Shown here: positions 27,785-38,994 of the stretch, one piece after another
Numbering within the stretch: position 1 is the first letter of the stretch
Layout of the letters: the number at the start of each line of letters is the position of its first letter
Origin: Eledone cirrhosa
Taxonomy: Eukaryota
DNA: 64,000 nucleotides
Reading direction: 5' to 3'
Assembly: GCA_964016885.1 (NCBI GenBank)
Contig: OZ024745.1
Location: 123,256,001-123,320,000, forward strand
The notes under the pieces: model-generated
The model's database searches: none
Seen by the model: the letters and a program-made list of their open reading frames with translations, nothing else
What the model was told of the DNA's origin: nothing
Made by a program: the position numbers and the translations under genes

Positions 27785-28382
27785 TAGGATTTTTTCAACA
27801 AGCTGACACATTGTGCATATATGTGTGTAGGTTCATATGTGTGTGTATGTGCATATGTGTGTGTAGGTTCATATGTGTGTAGGTGCATATGTGTGTGTAG
27901 GTGCATATGTGTGTGTAGGTTTATATGTGTGTGTAGGTGCATATGTGTGTGTAGGTGCATATATGTGTGTAGGTGCATGTGTGTGTGTAGGTGCATATGT
28001 GTGTGTAGATGCATATGTGTGTGTAGGTGCATATGTGTGTGTAGGTGCATATGTGTGTGTATGTGCATATGTGTGTGTATGTGCATATGCATACATTTAT
28101 ATGTATGAGTATATAAATATATGCAAACACAGACACACAAAAATATACCCACAGACATACATTCACACAAACATTCACATAAACACATATACACATACAC
28201 AACATAACAAATGGAACGCCAGCTGCTATTTTGCTATAGTTTTTTCACCATCCCCTTCCTTCATTTTATACACACATACATTCACACAGGCAGCTGTGAT
28301 AAAGAGAAAGGAGTAGTATGAGGTAGTCAAACTACTCCTCTCTCTTTATGTGTTATGACAGAATTGCAGAAATTTATATTTA
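27785..28382. repeat. duplicated segment (second copy 32957-33325) with an 18-bp tandem expansion
   Basis: collinear similarity; gtgtgtgtaggtgcatat repeated at ~27815-28090 in this copy only. Confidence 0.85.
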
Positions 28383-28584
28383 GATACAGCTTAGAACAAC
28401 AAGCATGAATGTAGGAAAGTATTTAAAAGTCTTGTGTCCTAAAGCCAAACTAATACACACAGTGGTTGACCATGTGCTCCAAAGCTACTCTAATCTACAG
28501 AAGCCAGGTTACATTCCAACCAGCTAGATAGCCCTACCTCCACCATAATTTACCACTGGTTATATTATATTACATTGTATGTCT

Positions 28585-29080
28585 CAGCTGCATCGAGTGG
28601 CCAAAATGGCAAAGGTATTGACAAGGGGAATAGTCAATGACACCTGCCATAACATCACTTCAGAGGGATCTTTCCTCGGCTGGGCTGTTGATTTTATGAT
28701 TTTATGGTGGAAAACAGCACTTTGGGGACCAAGGACACTTGAGGCCTCAATGATGACCAGCACAAAAAGGAAGTGGTCAGTGAAGTCCAGGTATTTGGCT
28801 ATTTACCTCTCTTCTGCATTGCAGCCAGTGGTGCCTGGGTTTGTGGCTGAAGTAACAAAGCTGGAGATGGAGAATGAGTTGCAGCATGAATCATCCCAGT
28901 TTAGAGATTTATCTCCCTTGAAGGGAAAGAGAGTTATCCCATCTGAGCACTTACCATCACCACAGGAGAAGACAACTGGCACAAGTTCTGACAAGAAGCC
29001 ATCCGTGTCAAATCTCCTTCTGATTAGGACATTCAGATTAGTGTGTCAAGGAAACTGTCTTGTGCTATGATGGCAGGATA
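28585..29080 (-). mobile_element. CRE-like non-LTR retrotransposon, C-terminal restriction-like endonuclease fragment
   Basis: DGKCSDGITLFPFKGDKSLNWD..AEER*IAKY..FVLVIIEASSVLGP resembles the RPDG/WD/KY/E-G-G motifs. Confidence 0.75.
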
Positions 29081-29444
29081 GCAGATTCTGGCACAAACAC
29101 TTCTACAGAAATGTTTTCAAAACTGTGTACCACAAAGCCACAGTAACATACAGAGATGGGATACAAACAATCTGCTCCAAAGCTACTTGAATATATGTAA
29201 GTAATTTATCCAACCTATTTTAAAGTATATTGCTAACAGTAATCAATTTGAGCAGATCATACTTGTGACTAAGCTGTAACACCTTAATTCCTGACATGAA
29301 CAGAGACATAATTTCTCATCTTCCACAGTGTATACACACAGGCATATACACATATATAGATGCACATGCACACACGCACACGCACACACACACACACAAA
29401 CACACACAATGCATGACAATGACGTTAAATTAGTGTGTATATAT

Positions 29445-29985
29445 ATGAAGGACGACAGCTGTATAAAAAAGTGCAGAGCAATGAAAATTGATGGAAGCTA
29501 TGGAGTGGGCAGACCAAGAAAAACCTGGGACGAGGTAATAAAATCTGACCTTGCCCACCTACACCTCTCTAAGACAATGGACACTGGATCGAGATCTTTG
29601 GCTCCATGCAGTTGTACAGAAGACCCGACTACCATTGCATACAAAACTACAGTCAGTAGGCACCTCTTAACTCAATGTACACCCCACCACACACACCCTA
29701 CCCCATCCTCCCTTTCCCATTCCTTCCACTGTCTTGATGACACAACAGTCCACATTGTAAGGTGGCCATGTAGAAAACACGGTGAAAAGGCTCCGAGTCC
29801 ATACTGTAAATGTCGTTGGTGTTAGGAAGGTCATCCAGCTGTAAAAAAGAAAAAACCTTGCCAGGGACACTTCCGTGTGAGTGAGACATGGTCTCCCGAT
29901 CATTCCTGCATCAAATGGAACAAAACCGTCTAACCCATGCTAGCGTGGAAGATGGACGATAAACGATGTTGATGATGATGATTAT
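29445..29985 (+). mobile_element. RTE 3' end with UTR and (GAT)n
   Basis: MKDDSCIKKC..GRPRKTWDE; homologous to 490-1050. Confidence 0.85.
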
Positions 29986-30042
29986 ATATATATATAAAGA
30001 CAGAAGGAGAGAGATAGACAGATACATAGATAGATGTGTGTG

Positions 30043-30077
<35 letters not shown>

Positions 30078-30163
30078 GTAGGAGGTGAGTTTTATTGTAG
30101 TACAATAAAGCAATGCAGATATCGGATAAGAAGCACTCTACAGTTTGTGGGACTGGAGTATGC

Positions 30164-30506
30164 ATAATATAAGATCAAAAGATGGTTAAAGGAGTTCCAT
30201 ATATTTTATTATGCGCATTTCAAAAACAAACATCATCAAGCAATAATATTTGTGTTTTCATCAGATAAAACAGGAGAACATGATATGAAGGCTAAAAAAC
30301 ACTTGTTGATAGTGCAGTTTTAAATCAACATATCAGATATGTTGATTTAAAACTGCACTATCAACAAGTGTTTTTTAGCCTTCATATCATGTTCTCCTGT
30401 TTTATCTGATGAAAACACAAATATTATTGCTTGATGATGTTTGTTTTTGAAATGCGCATAATAAAATATATGGAACTCCTTTAACCATCTTTTGATCTTA
30501 TATTAT
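30164..30506. repeat. perfect 343-bp palindrome (171-bp arms, 1-nt spacer at 30335)
   Basis: arm-by-arm reverse-complement identity checked by eye. Confidence 0.95.
30398..30468 (+). ncRNA. type-I hammerhead ribozyme (mirror copy at 30202-30272, minus)
   Basis: tgttttat-CTGATGA-long GU-rich stem II-GAA-ATGCGCAT-A-ataaaata. Confidence 0.82.
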
Positions 30507-30539
30507 ATATATATATATATATACATAAATATATAAAAT

Positions 30540-31345
30540 AATTAAGTCAAATATGTAAAATTTGGCTTCGTTTATTATAAATTATAAATTTACTGCTATA
30601 TATATTTCGGTGACAGCCATTATTGGCTGTGACCTCTTCAGGCAGTCCGAATTGGTGTGGAAAAGACAGGTACACATGTTGTTGAAGTGTGTTTCACTCT
30701 GTCAATTCATCGATATGTCCAGCTCCTGGGTGTGTTGTTAGTCCTCCGAGGAACTGTAATCATATGCGTGAGAACAAACGAATTTCAGTGTCTTGGGAGA
30801 CATTCATATCCCATTGGTCAGTTGTGAGACCACTCCTCAGTCAAAAGTCTATAGAAATTCTTCTGAAGCCGGTCAGCCTGTTATAGTTGTTTTTGTCCGA
30901 ATGTTTAAGTACAGCTGACCTCCTTCCCTGTGTTGGTAGTGATAGTGGTGTTAAGAGGTCAGCTAGCAGGTCAACTTTAGTATGCTGCTGCTATTGTCTG
31001 AAGAATTTAAGTGTGTAGGCTGGCACCCACCATTTCCCGTGTTGGGGGATGCCAAACAAATAAAGAATGTGTGTGTGTTACAACCAATATCAAAAAATTT
31101 GAACCTGTGTGTCAGAATTGAGAAGTGTAAAGAATAACAATTCTTATTTTAGCATAGAGTACATACGTGTGATTGTCTGTCAGCTCGCACCGTTGCGCAT
31201 GCACACGTATAAAGACAGGCTCCAAGATTGAACGGGATTTACTAACCAGATTCTTGCAAACTTGTGGAGTTACCCCTAACCATACGTTGGAAACCGTCCA
31301 AGAAACCATGAACTGGATTACAATAAGCAATTTTCTGCTTTCCTA
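30540..31345 (-). mobile_element. probable decayed Penelope-like 3' region
   Basis: terminal HHR, (TA)n flanks, weak QQQH..RSAVLKH similarity to the endonuclease region. Confidence 0.45.
30592..30646 (-). ncRNA. type-I hammerhead ribozyme
   Basis: actgc-CTGAAGA-ggtcacagcca..tggctgtcacc-GAA-ATATATAT-A-gcagt. Confidence 0.85.
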
Positions 31346-31521
31346 ACTATATATATATATATATATACATATATATGTGTATATATATATACATATACAT
31401 ATATATATGTATTATCTATACATATACATATATATATATATGTATTATCTATGTGTATATATACATACATATATATATATGTGTGTGTTGTGTGTGTGTG
31501 TGTATGTATGTGTGTATGTAT

Positions 31522-32130
31522 GTCAGGTCACCACTTGGTACTACTGGTAACATGTATTCCAGTACAACCTGTCCCATGGTCGGGTCGTTGGCGACTAAAC
31601 TGGCAACCCCACCAAGGTTTCTTGGTGAGGAGGGTGACTTTGGACATCCTGCAGGACTAAAAACAAAACCTGTCAAAGGGCAAAGGAGCTCTTAAGAGTC
31701 AATGGCCATCCAAAATCACCGGGTAAGATGACCCCTTAGCCTTTGTCAAGGCAGAATTCTAGGAGAAGGAAAACTCTGATATAACACCTGCAACCCTGAT
31801 GGTATCCAATGATGTTGACTTGTTCTTCTTTTTGGTAAATATCATCTTGGTTAAGAGAGTGGGACTGGCTTTGTGCTGTGCCTTTGCTCACTATAAAAGC
31901 TTCACGGCACAGGCATTGCTTTATATCTGGAGATCTCTCTGCACTTGTCATCACATGGTACCATGGGCCCAGCACTATGTGTCAATAACTGTCACAAGTG
32001 TAGTGTTTGTACCAGAGTTTTCAAGTCGCTGGCTGGACTAAAAAGTCACACTCGTCAGCGCATCGGTAGGCGTTCTCTTACATGGATATAAAGTAGTGGC
32101 CGTACTCGAAAACGAGTTGGCAGCCACCAT
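31522..32130 (+). mobile_element. internally deleted RTE/BovB-like element (5' UTR joined to 3' end)
   Basis: RTE-type UTR motif ctaggagaaggaaaactctg; terminal C2H2-like HKCSVCTRVFKSLAGLKSH. Confidence 0.6.
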
Positions 32131-33519
32131 GTGTACACATACAAATGTATTCATATATATGATGGGGGTTTTCGGTTTTGAATTGTATGTATTTGTTAAC
32201 AAGAATTTGAGAGCAAAAATAACAAAGAATTCACTGACCAGAATTTGCCTAGCTTATGTTATTGGGGGTAAACATGCTAAATAATATACCATACCACAGG
32301 GACTTGCCATCCATTTTTCCCCCCTCTATCTGCTTCTCTCTCAAATAAGTTTGCTGAACTATGGACGCTAGTAATTCATTAAGTAATGTTTTTATGCTGA
32401 TATTTTGAAATAGACTGTTTTTTTTTTCTTTTATGGGGATTTTTTATATATATATATTATTAATTTGTTTATTTGTATAACCTTTCGAAATGTTGCTTTA
32501 GTATATTATACTTTTATGCTGGGCTAAATAAACATCATTTTGATGAATGACCAATTTATGAATATATTTTTGGAGCTCTTCTATTATAATGATGATATAT
32601 ATTTGGATAATCTTGTAGACTTGCTTCCTTTTAGTTTTGAAGCAATAACCATGTGTATGAATCAGATTTTAATAGTAGTCTTTAAATAGTTTTTCTATGT
32701 ACTTTTGTCAACTGTTATTTGGTTTTGTGCAGAATTACTTCACATATTTGATATAAAATAAATTGTATTTCTTTATATGATTATTATTCAACGTTACCTT
32801 TAGAGATGAAGATTTTGTTAATATTTACACTATGTATCAACTGAATTGATCTTGACTTGTCACGAGGTATCATAGTTTGGGATGTGTACATCAGTTTTAC
32901 TGATGAGTATTCAGTTGTTCACCCAAGTGAATTCCGACTTGGGAACTTTAAGAGTATTAGGATTTTTTTCAACACGCTGATGTGTATGTGTGTATGTGTG
33001 CATATGCATACATTTATATGTATGAGTATATAAATATAAACATGCAAACACAAACACACTTTCAAAAATTCACACTCAGACATACATTCACACATATACA
33101 TTCACAGACACAAACATATATTCATAGACACATACATTCAGACAAACACATACACACAAAGACATACACAGCATAACAAATGGAATGCCAACCACTATAT
33201 TGCTATGGTTTTTACACACAGATACATTCACACAGGCAGCTGACGTAAAGAGAGAGGAGTAGTATGAGATAGTCAAACTACTCCTCTCTCTTTATGTGTT
33301 GTGACAGAATCACAGAAATTTATATATAGAAGCAACTGAATAGTCCAAAGGCATGTATAGATTTAATGCAATTATCGGACTAAATTTGTGAGAGTCAATG
33401 TAACAAAGATGGACCTTTGAAAGAGAATCTGAAACCAGAAAAAATCATGAGAGAGAGAAATGGAGAAGGAGAGAGAGTGAGAGAAATAGAGAGAACAATC
33501 AACCTCTGTCATGGAATGA

Positions 33520-33745
33520 TGTGTGTGTGTTTGTCATATGCATGGATGATGATCGTTGGTGAAGAAGTGCTAAATGATCCCAGTGGAGGAAAGCTGCAGT
33601 CGAGGAAGACCAAGGAGGACTTGGATAGAAGTGGAAAGAGCTGATCTCAGATGACAAAGGAACACAGCAAGTGGAGAGATGCTGTACTGAGAAGAACCTG
33701 TCCAACCCATGCAAGCATAAAACAATGGTTGTAAAATGATGATGA
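33520..33745 (+). mobile_element. RTE 3' fragment
   Basis: MDDDRW*RS..RGRPRRTW and tail. Confidence 0.75.
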
Positions 33746-34024
33746 TATATATATATCATCATCATTTCATATAGAATTTTACATTCTCTGGCATGTTTAT
33801 ATGCCATATATATACACACATTGATGCAGTCTTGGTTACTCACTCTGTATGTATACAGATATAACTTTATTGTATACTTTGGTATGTTTATCATCATATT
33901 CATGTTGACTTTTCCATGTTGCTATGGGTTGGCTATGCTTTAAAGTCAGATACTATTCGTGGCACCAACCCATTCAGTCACTTCTTACAACATGCAGGAT
34001 TATGGTATACATGTCCTAAACGAA

Positions 34025-34055
<31 letters not shown>

Positions 34056-34056
34056 A

Positions 34057-34063
<7 letters not shown>

Positions 34064-34135
<72 letters not shown>
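34064..34135. repeat. (TG)n microsatellite
   Basis: seen directly. Confidence 0.95.
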
Positions 34136-34137
<2 letters not shown>

Positions 34138-34170
34138 CATACATATATGTAAATATATATATATATAAAT

Positions 34171-35132
34171 GGAGGCACATGGCTTAGTGGTTAGAGCATT
34201 GGGCTTGCAATCGAAAGGTTGTGAGTTCAATTCTCAAACCGGGTGATGTGTTGTTTCCTTGAGCAAGACACTTGATTTCACATTGCTCCAGTTTACTCAG
34301 CTGTAAAGATGAGATGATAGAACGGGGTCCCTATCATTCCACTGCAAAAAAAGCACCCAGCACACACTGTAACGTGGACGTGTAGGCGCCACAGAAAAAA
34401 AAGCACCCAGCACACACTGTAACGTGGACGTGTAGGCGCCACAGAAAAAAAAGCACCCAGCACACACTGTAACGTGGACGTGTAGGCGCCACAGAAAAAA
34501 AAGCACCCAGCACACACTGTAACGTGGACGTGTAGGCGCCACAGAAAAAAAAGCACCCAGCACACACTGTAACGTGGACGTGTAGGCGCCACAGAAAAAA
34601 AAGCACCCAGCACACACTGTAACGTGGACGTGTAGGCGCCACAGAAAAAAAAGCACCCAGCACACACTGTAACGTGGACGTGTAGGCGCCACAGAAAAAA
34701 AAGCACCCAGCACACACTGTAACGTGGACGTGTAGGCGCCACAGAAAAAAAAGCACCCAGCACACACTGTAACGTGGACGTGTAGGCGCCACAGAAAAAA
34801 AAGCACCCAGCACACACTGTAACGTGGACGTGTAGGCGCCACAGAAAAAAAAGCACCCAGCACACACTGTAACGTGGACGTGTAGGCGCCACAGAAAAAA
34901 AAGCACCCAGCACACACTGTAACGTGGACGTGTAGGCGCCACAGAAAAAAAAGCACCCAGCACACACTGTAACGTGGACGTGTAGGCGCCACAGAAAAAA
35001 AAGCACCCAGCACTCACTGTAAATGAGGTTGGTGTTAGGAAGGGCATCCAGCTGTAGAAATCAAGCCAGAATCAGTTCCTCTCCCACCCTTGCAAGCAGG
35101 GAAAAGCAGACGTAAAATGATGATGATGATGA
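34171..35132 (+). mobile_element. tRNA-derived SINE family 2 with RTE-type tail, expanded internally
   Basis: A-box tggcttagtggtta, B-box gagttcaattc, ccttgagcaagacact core, (GAT)n tail; relatives at 35960-36299(-), 44851-45180(+), 52385-52716(-). Confidence 0.85.
34346..35012. repeat. perfect 50-bp tandem repeat, 13 full copies
   Basis: acagaaaaaaaagcacccagcacacactgtaacgtggacgtgtaggcgcc. Confidence 0.97.
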
Positions 35133-35216
35133 TATATATAATTGGTGTTGGATGCTTAAAGCGTCCATATGCGGTAGGTCGTATGAGCACTCGATGCTCT
35201 CATAGAGCAGAGTATG

Positions 35217-35524
35217 ATATCACAGAAAAAAAGTGTTGCGACAAATGGAATTTATTGAACATATTACAATCGTTTCTCTGACGACCAGCTCGAGGCACGA
35301 TCGATGTGATGATCGAACCAGACTCTGAAAATTGCAAGGTCCTCAGATACATCTTGATTCTATGAAGCAGAGAATCAAGACGTATCTGAGGACCTTGCGA
35401 TTTTAAGAGTGAGGTTCAATCATCACATCGATCATGCCTGGAGCTGGTCGCCAGATAAACGATTGTAAAATGTTCAATAAATTCCATTCATCTCAACACT
35501 GATTCTCTTTTTTTCTGTGATATA
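35217..35524. repeat. imperfect ~300-bp palindrome with hammerhead cores (35258-35353 minus; 35379-35474 plus)
   Basis: gatgtat-CTGAGGA-(~63 nt)-GAA-ACGATTGT-A-atatgtt; plus arm has GAAA changed to TAAA. Confidence 0.8.
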
Positions 35525-35650
35525 TATGTGTGTGTATGTGTGTATGAACATATATATATGTAAATATAGTATATATATATATATATAAGAAAATGAGGGG
35601 TTTTTTCCAAAATGAAAAAAAAATGAGATGTCCTACACGAGTGAAAGTAA

Positions 35651-35906
35651 AAGGAAAAAAGATGAAATCGAAAATGCAACGGGAGTCTTTTTAAGAATAT
35701 TTATTTGTTTCCTTTACCGGTTTCACAGTTCTTTTCAAAAGTAGAATTGAGATGGAGGGTTTGTGGTTTTTCTCACAAGAAAAGCTACAAACCCTCCATC
35801 TCAATTCTACTTTTGAAAAGCATAAGAACTGTGAAATCGGTAAAGGAAACAAATAAATATTCTTAAAAAGACTCCCGTTGCATTTTCGATTTCATCTTTT
35901 TTCCTT
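35651..35906. repeat. near-perfect ~255-bp palindrome with U3-A8 variant hammerhead cores
   Basis: ctt-TTGAAAA-gcataagaactgt-GAA-ATCGGT-A-aag at 35810-35845; the left arm has ACCGGT but lacks 6 nt of stem II. Confidence 0.8.
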
Positions 35907-36526
35907 ATATATGTATATATACATATATGTCAATATATATATTTTTACATATATATATATCATCATCATCATCACCATTTTACGTCCGTTCTTCCACGCT
36001 AGCATGGGTTAGACGGGTTGTCCTGTTGTGGACAGTGTCTGGTCAGCTGACCTTCCTAACACCAACCTCATTTACAGTGAGTGCTGGGTGCTTTTTTGCC
36101 ATGGCACCTCCACGACCACTTTTGCAGTGGAATGATAGGGACCCCAGTCCTATCATCTCATTTCTACAGCTGAGTAAACTGGAGCAATGTGAAATAAAGT
36201 GTCTTGCTCAAGGAAACAACACATCACCCGGTCCGAGAATCGAACTCACAACCTTTCAATTGCAAGCCCAATGCTCCAACCACTAAGCCATGCATCTTCA
36301 TTATATATATAATATAATAATTGTTTCTACTTTTGGCTTAAGGACAGCAATTACCCCAGTGCATTACTGGTGGTTTATTTTATTGACCTGGTAAGCATGA
36401 AAGACAAAGTTAACCTCGGCGGATTTGAACTCAGAATGCAAAGGGCCATAACTCTATGGTGCAAAACATGGTGTCTGACCCTCTACCAATACTGCCAATA
36501 TATATATATATTTATATATATATATA

Positions 36527-36897
36527 TACGTACATACATATATGTATACAGACGTACAGTAGTATGTGTATATATACATACATGCACACATATATATATG
36601 TACGTATGGATTCACCGAACATTTATTATAATGCTCGGTTTGTTTGTAAACAAACATCCCGAATTAAGCCGTACAGTGTTTAGCAACCACCGTTGCCCTT
36701 TTGTTCAACACTGACAATGGAACGATGTACTAGTTTCAAGCTTATTAGCTATCGTCAGCTTATTAGCTATCGTATAAACAAACCGAGCATTATAATAAAT
36801 GTTCGGTGAATCCATACGTACATATATATATGTGTGCATGTATGTATATATATATACATACTACCGTACGTCTGTATACATATATGTATTTACGCAT
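36527..36897. repeat. ~120-bp inverted repeats around a spacer containing a hammerhead core (36724-36760, minus)
   Basis: CTGACGA-tAGCTaataAGCTt-GAA-ACTAGT-A; arms ..ggattcaccgaacatttattataatgctcggtttgttt and its reverse complement. Confidence 0.8.
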
Positions 36898-37570
36898 ACA
36901 TACTTATATTTAAGTAACAGCCGTACTAAGAGTGAGAAATGAAATTTCGTTTCATTTTTCCCATTTATAAATATATATATAACCATAAATATATATACAT
37001 TTCTGTGTCTGTGTGTTTTTCTCTATGTGTGTATAAGAAATTGATTTAAGATAGATATGGTGCCAGAGTGGATAGCTACCAGCTGCTCTATGTTTAACTG
37101 ATATCAATAAAGTTTTTTGTTTAATTATAGATCTGTTATTTATCCCCAACAAAAACTCAGATTAGTTAGGGAGGAAGAATGATATATTGCAATATTTCTT
37201 CTTTTCCCTAGCACATATGAATGAATGAAAATTACTTCAATGTGGGATTGAATTTGAACTTTGCAATCTATGTATAAAGGATGTATAAAGGGAGACTATA
37301 AAGGGAGACTTCCATTCAATCCAACATTTAAAAAAAAAACATTTTGTCACGGAGAGAAGAGCAGTGCTAATGATCCATTTTGAAACTTCTGTGACTGATG
37401 TTAGTGAAAGGAGGAAAGCACTCTTAACTCTTTTGATTCCAACTGCCTCAAAACATCTCTCACTCTATGACACAAAACTGTTTATTTTAAATTGTTTATA
37501 TTTATATAAAAACTTTGCATCTAAATTCTATATAAGAACTTTTGTTAAAAATTATATTTCAAACACCATC

Positions 37571-38035
37571 TTAACCTCTTCAGTGCCACAGACGAGGTAA
37601 CTCATCCTAACATGTCTGCATTCCAGTACCATGGACGAGGTAACTCATCCTAACATGTCTGCATTCCAGTACCATGGACGAGGTAACTCATCCTAACATG
37701 TCTGCATTCCAGTACCATGGACAAGGTAACTCATCCTAACATGTCTGCATTCCAGTACCATGGACAAGGTAACTCATCCTAACATGTCTGCATTCCAGTA
37801 CCATGGACAAGGTAACTCATCCTAACATGTCTGCATTCCAGTACCATGGACAAGGTAACTCATCCTAACATGTCTGCATTCCAGTACCATGGACAAGGTA
37901 ACTCATCCTAACATGTCTGCATTCCAGTACCATGGACAAGGTAACTCATCCTAACATGTCTGCATTCCAGTGCCACAGACGAGGTAACTCATCCTAACAT
38001 GTCTGCATTCCAGTACCATGGACGAGATAACTCAA
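37571..38035. repeat. 43-bp tandem repeat, about 10 copies, derived from the MITE family B end
   Basis: aggtaactcatcctaacatgtctgcattccagtaccatggaca after TTAA-CCTCTTCAGTGCCA. Confidence 0.92.
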
Positions 38036-38242
38036 CTGTCACCACAGAATATGAACCTGAAGATTGCGAAAGCATGAAAGTACTTGTTCAATTAACACTT
38101 AACATTTAATATTCTACCATACTATTTCATTCTAACACCATTATAAATTTTAAAGGATTGTAAATAAAACTAGTAAATCAGACAAAGCTGTTATTCCTTT
38201 TATTAATATAATCTTCTATACACAATCATACACACCCGTGTA

Positions 38243-38299
<57 letters not shown>

Positions 38300-38994
38300 T
38301 GAACTTCCATTCAATTTCCATCAATGAAAGTCTACTCCCATAGTATAGGTCAACGCAAGGCTACAGTAGAAGACACCTGACCAAGGTGCCATGCAGTGGG
38401 ACTCAACCCAAAACTAGGTGGGTGTAAAGAGAACTCTTTAACCACATAGCCATGCCTGCACTTATTTAGCTTAACATTTTATACATAACTTCAGGATGTA
38501 TTTATCATTCTATTTAAGGTTAAATATTAGTGTTTGTTAGATTTCTTTGAATCTTCTTCCTAAGTTTGAAATCAGCAACAATTAAGCCGTTATCCAAAAA
38601 TTTCTCTGTCACGAACATAGCAATACAATGAAAGAATGTCAAAAGCCTCTTAACAGTTTGTTGCCATTTTTGATGATATGAAAACGAGTAAAAACAAATA
38701 TTTTGAAAAATATTATTGTTTTAAGAACAATAGAGCAGAAGGCATTATTTGTGAGCATCAGTGTACAGTGATTTCCACATATTAATAAATAAAAGCAAAC
38801 TAACCACAATATAACAATATAACAATTACTTCGGAGGTAGAGACTACTACTCTAAAAGCAGAACTCCCATAGCTATGCCATTTCCATCAGTTCATATATT
38901 TTGAAGACAGCAGTTCTCTTGAAATCACTATCAGTTTATCCTCATACACCCAGATAGTAGTTATTAACAGTTAACATAGAGACATGCACACATA

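Noticed and set aside
32895-32950. CTGATGA..GAAT motif
   Set aside because: No stem I/II/III consistent with a hammerhead.
34171-34245. tRNA gene
   Set aside because: A/B boxes are present but continue into a SINE body found in several copies; no full cloverleaf.
34293-35047. Three ~237-aa ORFs and a CRISPR-like look
   Set aside because: Identical 50-bp units with no unique spacers and no cas genes; the ORFs are by-products of the repeat.
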